The notes below the pieces were generated by a model. That model made no database searches. It had not been told where the DNA came from and saw only the letters and a program-made list of their open reading frames with translations. The position numbers were made by a program, and so were the translations under genes. This document shows positions 1 to 7,764 of a stretch of 64,000 nucleotides of DNA, one piece after another (position 1 is the first letter of the stretch; each line of letters begins with the position of its first letter). This DNA comes from a virus. Its lineage: Duplodnaviria > Caudoviricetes. Where the stretch lies: positions 15,828 to 79,827 of the IMG/VR virus record IMGVR_UViG_3300025858_000019; one strand, given 5' to 3'.

Positions 1-9
1 GGAACAATA

Positions 10-462
10 ATGGAGCTCAAAAGAAAAAACCTCGTCATGTACCAGAGTCTTTTCATGGAATTAGGAAAGACTAACTACGGAGAAAAATTCAATATCTTCG
101 TGGAGAAAAACATAGCTGTCATAGAAGAACAATATGAGATCTATTCTGAGTGGTTTAAAGAAAACAATCCCACTGGAACTATCAGAATGAAAAACTTTCT
201 GTCATTGCGTAATTCTATAAACAATTTCCAAAATAATAATACCATCACCCCGGAAGAACTGGATGAGAGAATACAGGCTTTTGAAAAAATTCTCGACCAA
301 TATGAAGAAGAGGCTACTATCATAAAACAATTCGAAGATAAACTCGATTTATACATGGAAGAAGATATTTCTATTAACAATGCCTTTATAAAAGAGAAAG
401 ATATTCCAAAGGAATTGCCTGGGAAATTGCGGTTTGGAATAAGAAACTTCATTGAAAAATAG
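10..462 (+). CDS. hypothetical acidic/coiled-coil protein (possible fibre assembly chaperone)
   Basis: 150-aa ORF; TAATG overlap with an upstream gene outside the window; function not recognised. Confidence 0.6.
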   Translation: MELKRKNLVMYQSLFMELGKTNYGEKFNIFVEKNIAVIEEQYEIYSEWFKENNPTGTIRMKNFLSLRNSINNFQNNNTITPEELDERIQAFEKILDQYEEEATIIKQFEDKLDLYMEEDISINNAFIKEKDIPKELPGKLRFGIRNFIEK

Positions 463-485
463 GTTGTTAAATAAAATATTATTAT

Positions 486-520
486 TTTGTTGCAATCAGT
501 TGAATAATTATATATTTTTG
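486..520 (+). promoter_or_regulatory. Bacteroidota-type sigma promoter candidate
   Basis: TTTG at 486-489, TTG at 490-492 and exact TAnnTTTG (TATTTTTG) at 513-520, 20 nt after the TTG, in an intergenic gap. Confidence 0.5.
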
Positions 521-524
521 ATAC

Positions 525-821
525 ATGGGAGCTTATCGTTATAAAGAAACAGAAATTGTCGCTCATATCGACTGCCTGGAACTCCAAATGCGCGTTAAGC
601 GCTTCATAAGAGAAAAGAAACAGATCATAGTATCTACAGATCCATTGAAAAAAGAGTCAAAAATGTTTCTAATTGCTATTGAATGCGAATGGTTTGAAGG
701 CAAAATCTTAAAGAAGAACAAGTTTAGTTCAAAGGTCTTGGTGCCATATCATGTTGCAGTAGCAGGTAAAGAACTAGCTTTGGCTTGGTTGAATGATAAC
801 TTTAAAAACTTCAAACAATGA
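525..821 (+). CDS. hypothetical protein
   Basis: 98-aa ORF, ATGA-coupled to the next gene. Confidence 0.65.
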   Translation: MGAYRYKETEIVAHIDCLELQMRVKRFIREKKQIIVSTDPLKKESKMFLIAIECEWFEGKILKKNKFSSKVLVPYHVAVAGKELALAWLNDNFKNFKQ

Positions 822-2131
822 CACAATTTAATCGTGGTCTTAAAGGACTAAAAAAAGAACATTTCTCTGAAAGCGACATCTTTCATCTTCATGTGAAATA
901 TCATCAGTACCATAATGGTATGCACAATGGTGTGATCTATTTCAAACCCAACGACACAACTCCATATGTACAGCTTAATGGAGTGGAGCTTACCCTGGCG
1001 ACACTTATCGGAATGGGATTGTATCAGGGAGTAATCAACTGTGGTGCTAACCCAAATTATCCAGCGGCCTCCGAGGGAGAATACTGGAGAGTATCTGTAG
1101 CCGGTCTTATCGGTGGCGCTGGCGGTGTTGCAGTGGAAGTTGGTGATCAGATAATATGTATTGCCTCAAACGCTGGCGGTACCGAAGCACAGGTAGGAAC
1201 ATCATTCATGTTGATACAGAAGAATATGGTTGCTTGTGATATTGCTACGTTAAGAACCGGTACAGATAATCTTGCTTTTGTCACAGCTAATGTATTAGCA
1301 AATGCTTTTAATGGCGGAAATGCTTTTACATCATCGGGAATTCCTTTAGTTCTTTCAGCCGGAAGTACTGCCCAACTAGCAATTGGTGGATCTGGAACAG
1401 CTAATGGAATTGATTTTGTTGGTGCACCGACAACAGGTTCATTAGTTGAATATACGGGTATCGGAACCAAAACAAGCGGTTATCTTTTTAATGGTCGTAT
1501 GTCAACCAGTGTTCTAGATGGTAGTACTATTATTGATGATTTTTCACAGGAGTGTGCCCATGATGGTATTCATTCTGATACACTTATAGGAAAAAGGATT
1601 GTATGGTCCGGAAACGTACCAAATGGAACATTAGCCTCATCTTTGGCAATACAGTATATTGAATTCACAGGAATATTTGGCACAGGACAAAACAAAGGTG
1701 GCGATATTGCCGGTCTTGACATCAACATGCAGGGAACGATCAATGATGCTTCTGCATTGGAATATGGTTTAAAAGTATCCGTTTCTACTACACGTACCGG
1801 TGCTGGATCTGTTTTTGGAGCTTATATCTATACAAATGCTACTGCTACTGCAGCTGCTTATATTTCCAATACAACTATTGGTATTCATCTGGCTACTGGT
1901 AATGAAGCTATTGAAATTTCTGGAACAGTAACTGATGTCATAAATCTTACTTCTATGGCTACCATTACTAATATCATGAAGTTTGATTCAATAGCTGGTG
2001 GTGTAATTGCTAATGCTTTAGTTCCTGCCGCTGCTCCTGATGCCGGAACTGTCGGCGCTGATGCCTGTCTCCGAGTATTGATTGGAGCAACGCCATACTA
2101 CATTCCACTGTACGATACCTTACACGCTTAA
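818..2131 (+). CDS. virion fibre-like structural protein (head or tail fibre)
   Basis: 437 aa, Gly/Ala/Thr-rich and beta-rich; the NPNYPAA..GEYWRVSVAG..GG..VEVGD segment resembles phage fibre modules; followed by a strong hairpin. Confidence 0.6.
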   Translation: MTQFNRGLKGLKKEHFSESDIFHLHVKYHQYHNGMHNGVIYFKPNDTTPYVQLNGVELTLATLIGMGLYQGVINCGANPNYPAASEGEYWRVSVAGLIGGAGGVAVEVGDQIICIASNAGGTEAQVGTSFMLIQKNMVACDIATLRTGTDNLAFVTANVLANAFNGGNAFTSSGIPLVLSAGSTAQLAIGGSGTANGIDFVGAPTTGSLVEYTGIGTKTSGYLFNGRMSTSVLDGSTIIDDFSQECAHDGIHSDTLIGKRIVWSGNVPNGTLASSLAIQYIEFTGIFGTGQNKGGDIAGLDINMQGTINDASALEYGLKVSVSTTRTGAGSVFGAYIYTNATATAAAYISNTTIGIHLATGNEAIEISGTVTDVINLTSMATITNIMKFDSIAGGVIANALVPAAAPDAGTVGADACLRVLIGATPYYIPLYDTLHA

Positions 2132-2141
2132 TAATTAACGG

Positions 2142-2174
2142 TCAGAGTGCTCTCCAATATGGAGGGCACTTTGA
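2142..2174 (+). terminator. intrinsic terminator-like hairpin
   Basis: 14-bp stem TCAGAGTGCTCTCC/GGAGGGCACTTTGA (two G-U pairs), 5-nt loop, followed by TTATTT. Confidence 0.7.
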
Positions 2175-2204
2175 TTATTTATTCATAATTAAAACAATAG
2201 AACA

Positions 2205-2528
2205 ATGACAAAGACTCTAGATGTAATGGGTAGAATTTTGGCTTTAACAGTATTGCCAAAAGAATCAGACTTGGTATTATGGAAAGTAATACAAGGACTC
2301 AAAAAGAAATTATCTCTCTCCGAAGAGGAGATCAAGGAAGTTAACCTTAATGTTACTCCTGATATGACAACCTGGGATCGTGCAAAAGAACAACCGAAAG
2401 AAATTGAATTTACGGATTTCGAATGCAAGATGATCACCGATGGGTTAGAACTTTTAAATAAGAATAAAAAGATTACAGAACAATATCTGCCTTTGTGCAT
2501 AGCTTTTGGATTGTATGAACCCGAATAA
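2205..2528 (+). CDS. hypothetical protein (possible fibre chaperone)
   Basis: 107-aa ORF between two fibre/spike genes with a good start context (agaacaATG). Confidence 0.6.
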   Translation: MTKTLDVMGRILALTVLPKESDLVLWKVIQGLKKKLSLSEEEIKEVNLNVTPDMTTWDRAKEQPKEIEFTDFECKMITDGLELLNKNKKITEQYLPLCIAFGLYEPE

Positions 2529-2540
2529 AAAATTATTATC

Positions 2541-3737
2541 ATGACAAAAATAACCAATGATGCGATAAATCTCTATATTGTAAGAGAACAAAATATCTGG
2601 ACCGTACCCCGCGATGAGTACGCTTTAAAAGAAAAAAGACCTTTGATATCTATCATGCTAGAAAATAAGGAACATATCATTCTAGACTATAGTAATGGTA
2701 TAGTTATCAATGGTGTCACTCAGACTTCTTATGATATGGCTGTGGCAACATTGCAATCACTCATTTTAAGTTCTGGTGGTAGCGGATCAGGAGTATCTAT
2801 TCAAAGAGAAGTGGTTATCAATTCCGATGAAGCTGAGATACCAGGTAAGCAGTATCAGACGTATGCTCATGCCCTGGCTTATATTCAGACACAAACGGTT
2901 GATCAAAATCATCCCTGGGTAATAAGTTTTGCCGGTGTATTACATGAAGATATAACAGTATATGCTAATATAGAATTAGCCGGTATTGGAACGATGAGTT
3001 CCTGGATTGATGGTGATGTGGATATTTCATCTGCAGGTGCGCTTTTTGGTGCTGTTATAAAAAATTGTGTTATTGGAAATCTTTTAATTACCAGTGGCGG
3101 TTCGGAATCAGTAACGTTAAAAGATTGTACTCTTTTAGATTGTACAACAACTACTGGAACACATACTATTATGACTACTAATTGTTTTATAGTAAAAGGT
3201 GATTTTAGTAATATTATAGTTCAAGGATCTTCAAATAATATAATTTCTTATTATGGAGATATTATTCTTTACAATCCGAAATTAATTCAATGTTATATGA
3301 TTACGCAACCAACATTTACAATTAGTATTGAAAAAGGTAATCTTCAGAGATGTAATCTAAATTTAGGTACCAATTTCATTATCATTGATGATATTAGATT
3401 TAGGTTTTGCGTTATAAATAATGATTATATCATAGATAACGGTATTAGTGTAAATATGCAATATTGTACTTATCATGATACTTTTACAGTAAATGGAATA
3501 TTAAACACTAAGATATGCGATTTAGACAATACTCCTATTATAGGCACCGGAACTTGGTATAATACTGGAGAAGCCTTTGACCCCAGAGGAACTATTTTAA
3601 GTCAAAGTGATGTTCAATCAGCATTAGTGGAACTATCAGGGAAACTTGGCGCCTTGGGTGTTGGTGGTACATTTACTACTGTTGATGGTAAAACTGTTAC
3701 TTATAATGCTAATGGAGTAATAACTGGTATCATTTAA
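2541..3737 (+). CDS. tailspike/fibre with probable beta-helix domain
   Basis: QYQTYAHALAY...GVLHEDITV..NIELAG resembles the start of a pectate-lyase-like beta-helix, followed by an I/N/C-rich repetitive body. The C-terminal DVQSALVEL and GTFTTVDGKTVT..NGVITGII motifs are typical of phage fibres/spikes. Confidence 0.6.
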   Translation: MTKITNDAINLYIVREQNIWTVPRDEYALKEKRPLISIMLENKEHIILDYSNGIVINGVTQTSYDMAVATLQSLILSSGGSGSGVSIQREVVINSDEAEIPGKQYQTYAHALAYIQTQTVDQNHPWVISFAGVLHEDITVYANIELAGIGTMSSWIDGDVDISSAGALFGAVIKNCVIGNLLITSGGSESVTLKDCTLLDCTTTTGTHTIMTTNCFIVKGDFSNIIVQGSSNNIISYYGDIILYNPKLIQCYMITQPTFTISIEKGNLQRCNLNLGTNFIIIDDIRFRFCVINNDYIIDNGISVNMQYCTYHDTFTVNGILNTKICDLDNTPIIGTGTWYNTGEAFDPRGTILSQSDVQSALVELSGKLGALGVGGTFTTVDGKTVTYNANGVITGII

Positions 3738-3748
3738 AATCTAATATC

Positions 3749-3997
3749 ATGAAAAGCAAATATTTAGGTCTTAATGGTCGTGACTTCTGGAGAGGTCTTG
3801 GTATTGCTGTATTGACAACCTTACTGACAAATATCTATAACGTACTTGTCACAGGGATGTTTCCTATCTTATGGGTACAATGGCAACCGATATTGGCCGG
3901 CACAGCAGCAACATTCGTTTCATATATGATGGCTAATCTGTTTACTAACTCACAAGGAAAAATATTCACTAAGGAAAAGACAAGGAGACCGTTATAA
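3749..3997 (+). CDS. putative holin (two hydrophobic segments, basic C-terminus)
   Basis: 82 aa; GLGIAVLTTLLTNIYNVLV and ILAGTAATFVSYMMANLF; first gene of the lysis cassette. Confidence 0.6.
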   Translation: MKSKYLGLNGRDFWRGLGIAVLTTLLTNIYNVLVTGMFPILWVQWQPILAGTAATFVSYMMANLFTNSQGKIFTKEKTRRPL

Positions 3998-4461
3998 TGC
4001 ACAACAAAACACTAAACAGCTATTTTATGGGATTACTATTGTTTTTTAAGTCTCCATTTTTACTAATGCCTACGTTATGTACTATGGTACTAGGATATTT
4101 TTCTCCTTTACGTGGTATTGCTATGGCTTTGCTTGTAGCTGTTATCATAGACTTCATATCCGGAGTATGGGCCTCCATAAAAAGAAAGGAAAAGATAACT
4201 AGTCACACGATGAGAAATTCTGTCACTAAACTTCTTTGCTATACCATGACGATAGTCTTCTGTTGGGTGGTACAGAAAGAGATCCTTGTCTTTGAATGGG
4301 CTAAGCTTGTCAACCTTGCTACAGCATTGATAGCATTATCAGAGTTAAAGAGTGTGTTGGAAAACTTTGGCACCATAACAGGTAATCGAGTATTCAACTC
4401 TATCTTTGAAGAAATCAATTCCATGATAAAAAAGAATAAGAACAAACCAATGAAACAATGA
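3997..4461 (+). CDS. holin, phage holin 4_1 (toxin secretion/phage lysis) family-like
   Basis: AVIIDFISGVWAS...KITSHTMRNSVTKLLCY...IALSELKSVLEN pattern with three hydrophobic segments, directly upstream of the amidase. Confidence 0.8.
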   Translation: MHNKTLNSYFMGLLLFFKSPFLLMPTLCTMVLGYFSPLRGIAMALLVAVIIDFISGVWASIKRKEKITSHTMRNSVTKLLCYTMTIVFCWVVQKEILVFEWAKLVNLATALIALSELKSVLENFGTITGNRVFNSIFEEINSMIKKNKNKPMKQ

Positions 4462-5051
4462 AAAATCTTGTCGTTATTTTAGATCGTGCTCATGGTAGCA
4501 ACACCCCGGGCAAACAGTCTCCAGACAAAAAACATAAAGAATGGGTTTGGAGCCAACATCTTATCGATGTCTTATCACAGATGTTGATAGAAAGAGATTT
4601 TGAAGTAAGGTTTACGGTCACTGATCAGTATGAGCCGGGCCTCACTGTCAGACAAAAAAGAGCCGATGCATTCCCGGGCAACAAAAAGATATTACTCTCC
4701 ATTCATAATAACGCTGCAGGTATGGGAGACAAGTGGGTAGATGTCGATGGTTTTGCAGAGATCTATACCTGTAAAGGACAGACAAAATCCGATGGTGCTG
4801 CATGGCAGATATACAAGTGTATCAAAGAAATGATGCCGGAGATAAAGTGGAGAGTGGATATGTCCGATGGTGATATCGACAAAGAAGAGAACTTTACGGT
4901 ACTTATGGGTAAGAGCTATATGGGAATATTGTTGGAATGGGGTTTCCAGGATGATAAAGGCGATATCGATATCATTGACAATGAAAATAACATCTCTCGT
5001 CTTTGCATGGCTATAACACAAGCTATGGAAATATTAAATCAAACTCTATAG
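4458..5051 (+). CDS. endolysin, N-acetylmuramoyl-L-alanine amidase (Amidase_3)
   Basis: VILDRAHG (His), KEWVWS (Glu), LSIHNNA (His) and ILLEWGF (catalytic Glu). Confidence 0.9.
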   Translation: MKNLVVILDRAHGSNTPGKQSPDKKHKEWVWSQHLIDVLSQMLIERDFEVRFTVTDQYEPGLTVRQKRADAFPGNKKILLSIHNNAAGMGDKWVDVDGFAEIYTCKGQTKSDGAAWQIYKCIKEMMPEIKWRVDMSDGDIDKEENFTVLMGKSYMGILLEWGFQDDKGDIDIIDNENNISRLCMAITQAMEILNQTL

Positions 5052-5053
5052 TT

Positions 5054-6784
5054 ATGGCACTCTGGAAGAAGAACATATCAGGACAAGGAGATCCCCCAGG
5101 ACCATTAGGAAAGTACATCACGATGTATAACAAGGCTGTTAAGACATTGGGTACTGATAATCCGGAAGTATTAAAACGATTTTTTGCCAGTCAGCAATAT
5201 GGTCAGAACAACACCCAGGTACAACAAAACAATAATATCAATAAGGCACCACAACCAAAAGAATCCAAGGCAGGGAGTATCGCCGGTGATGTAGGCACCC
5301 TAGCATTAAGTACACTACAGAACTTTGGAATGAATATCCCCGGTGATGTTTTAAAGACCGTAGCGCCCAAGGCAGCCATTTTGGATGTATTACCACAGAC
5401 GACGACAAATCAATATGTAAAGCAGAGAAATCAGTCATTAGGACAGAACATAAAAGATGTTGCTGATGCGACGAATACGGTGGCTGCTTTTGAGGTAGGT
5501 GCACCATTGGTTGCTAAGGGAGTTCAGGCAGGAGTAAAATATGCTAGTCCTTATGCAGAACCTATTATTAAGAGTGTTAAAAATAGATTATTTAAACCAC
5601 AGATATTACCTATAGAACAAAATTTTATTAAACAAAATTTTAAAGACCTTCAATATGCAAAAGATTATTATTCAAAATTTGGTTATGATATTCCAGAAAA
5701 TCTTAACGAGATAGCAAAAAGTACAGAAAAAACAGATAAAACAATACAAGGATTAGTTGAACAACATAATACATTTGTAAGGGGTGTTTCAACTAATTGG
5801 ACTGAATTAGAAAAAAGAAATCCGGAAATATTAAGACATTTAGAAGGAAAAGGAATTGATTGGAAAAATAATCCACAAGCAGCAGCAGAATATATGTCTA
5901 CTCATGTTCCAATTCAAACAGGATATGGTAGAGCGGGATTAAATCCAAATATATTTGAAGCTGGCAAGGATGCAATATATACTTCAAATTCTATTCCAAC
6001 AGCAGAGGGTTATACTTATGGTAATGGATATATTGTTAAAGTTAGAAAACCATTAAATTTTAATTCTAAAAATAGAATAGATTGGATAGAAAAAAACAAA
6101 CTAGATTATTATGAAGATGATTTAAAAACAGCACCTGAGAATATAAAAAAAGAATATTTAAAAGAAATCGACCGTAGGTATATGGAAGAAATTGAACCTA
6201 AATATTTTGATGAAAAAGGTAATTGGAAAAATGGTCAAAAGTTAGTAAGAGAATTAGGTTATGATAATTGGAAAATAGAACAAGATGTTAGAAAAAAATT
6301 AGGACTTAGAAGTTTTAACTTACAAAATGACATGTTAAAAACTGAAAAAGCAACAACATTTGATAGGGATAAATATAATCAATTATTAAATGATCTAGAG
6401 TCTCCAAGTACTAAACTTGGAAATTTGGCTAAAGATATTTTAACTAAAAAAGAATTTAAAATTTTAAACAAAATAAGCTATCAAGGTAGTTATACAAATC
6501 ATTATAATGAAAAAGGCATAATTGAATTTTTAAAAACTGATCCAAAATATAAACCATTATTGGATATTGTAAATGAAAAAATGAATTATGCACATTATCT
6601 TCATGTTGGAACTCCAGGGCAAAAGTTATTAGAACCTATAGAATCAATTAAAATAACACCTAAAATTTGGAAAAATAAATCAAGGGCACATACTAATGTT
6701 TATACTAAAGGATTATCTGCAGGAGTGAAATTATTACCAACAACATTAGCATCTTACGGACTTTATAAATCAAAAAAACAATGA
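5054..6784 (+). CDS. cargo/polymorphic-effector-like protein with putative ADP-ribosyltransferase-fold C-terminal region
   Basis: Likely start is ATG 5054 just after the amidase stop (track ORF starts 5003). N-half has amphipathic Ala/Gly segments; C-half has FVRG ... IYTSNS.PTAEGY ... YIVKV. Confidence 0.5.
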   Translation: MALWKKNISGQGDPPGPLGKYITMYNKAVKTLGTDNPEVLKRFFASQQYGQNNTQVQQNNNINKAPQPKESKAGSIAGDVGTLALSTLQNFGMNIPGDVLKTVAPKAAILDVLPQTTTNQYVKQRNQSLGQNIKDVADATNTVAAFEVGAPLVAKGVQAGVKYASPYAEPIIKSVKNRLFKPQILPIEQNFIKQNFKDLQYAKDYYSKFGYDIPENLNEIAKSTEKTDKTIQGLVEQHNTFVRGVSTNWTELEKRNPEILRHLEGKGIDWKNNPQAAAEYMSTHVPIQTGYGRAGLNPNIFEAGKDAIYTSNSIPTAEGYTYGNGYIVKVRKPLNFNSKNRIDWIEKNKLDYYEDDLKTAPENIKKEYLKEIDRRYMEEIEPKYFDEKGNWKNGQKLVRELGYDNWKIEQDVRKKLGLRSFNLQNDMLKTEKATTFDRDKYNQLLNDLESPSTKLGNLAKDILTKKEFKILNKISYQGSYTNHYNEKGIIEFLKTDPKYKPLLDIVNEKMNYAHYLHVGTPGQKLLEPIESIKITPKIWKNKSRAHTNVYTKGLSAGVKLLPTTLASYGLYKSKKQ

Positions 6785-7404
6785 AAAGATATTGGGATTT
6801 TATAATAATCGGTGCAATGGCAATAGTCATTGCTCTTTTGCTTTTCAAATGTAATGGTGGTTGTCCGGAAGGAATAACAACTTCTGACACTATTATAGTA
6901 CCAGGCGATCCCTATCCTGTTTATGATACTATTGAAAAACCAAAACCCTATCAAGTCATAGTTCCCGGAGATACTTTCTGGCCCGATGTCGATACTGCTG
7001 TCATACTTCAAAAATGCAAACAACTCTATAAAGACTACTATACAAAGAATATCTATAGAGATACGTTAAAGGATGATACTAGTGCACTGATTACTCTTAT
7101 TGATACTGTTTATCAGAATAAGTTACAAAGTCGAATCCTGGGCTTCCAGAATAGACGTCCAACATCAATCATAACTAATACAAATATAATAGGAGAGATA
7201 CCGGTAAACAAATTCTACTTAGGTGTCGGAATCAATGGAGAAGTAAACCCATTCTTTAGGAATCCTACTATCACCCTTAATGGACTATTAACACTAAAGA
7301 AACATTGGTCATACGAGGCTGAGGTAAGTTTTCCTATTGATAATATAAAAAACATCAGAGTAGGTTTCAAAGCATTTTATAAACTTTCATTTAAAAAGAA
7401 GTAG
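6781..7404 (+). CDS. spanin-like membrane protein (candidate)
   Basis: 207 aa; N-terminal hydrophobic helix ending LLLFKC, Pro/Thr/Asp-rich linker, C-terminal alternating aromatic beta-strands; lies in the lysis cassette. Confidence 0.5.
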   Translation: MKRYWDFIIIGAMAIVIALLLFKCNGGCPEGITTSDTIIVPGDPYPVYDTIEKPKPYQVIVPGDTFWPDVDTAVILQKCKQLYKDYYTKNIYRDTLKDDTSALITLIDTVYQNKLQSRILGFQNRRPTSIITNTNIIGEIPVNKFYLGVGINGEVNPFFRNPTITLNGLLTLKKHWSYEAEVSFPIDNIKNIRVGFKAFYKLSFKKK

Positions 7405-7405
7405 T

Positions 7406-7579
7406 ATGAAGCGTAAATATTCAATAATCAAAAATCATATAGGTAATGACCTGTATGCACTTGTTTTGAAGTCTTGGCTACTTGATGAAGAAGGCAAAGA
7501 GATAGATGTAAAATCTGTTGTAAAGTCGGGATTGACACTTGAACAATGTAATGAAGAAGAAATAAAATTTGTTGAATAA
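7406..7579 (+). CDS. 57-aa hypothetical protein (below ORF-track cutoff)
   Basis: Hand translation MKRKYSIIKNHIGNDLYALVLKSWLLDEEGKEIDVKSVVKSGLTLEQCNEEEIKFVE; fills the gap exactly, TAATG-coupled to 7579. Confidence 0.7.
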   Translation: MKRKYSIIKNHIGNDLYALVLKSWLLDEEGKEIDVKSVVKSGLTLEQCNEEEIKFVE

Positions 7580-7764
7580 TGGATGCAGAATTATTTAAAA
7601 ATGAATATATAAAAAATTCAAATATTTCAGAGAAATATTTTGATGAACATTTTATTGTTCTTCCCTGCATTTGTGGAAATGAAGATTGTAATGGATTTGC
7701 CTGTGTATCTAATGATGAATTAAGTATAAAAATTCATAAAGATTTATATATGGAGGATAAATAA
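7579..7764 (+). CDS. 61-aa Cys-cluster hypothetical protein
   Basis: PCICGNEDCNGFAC; TAATG-coupled at both ends. Confidence 0.65.
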   Translation: MDAELFKNEYIKNSNISEKYFDEHFIVLPCICGNEDCNGFACVSNDELSIKIHKDLYMEDK

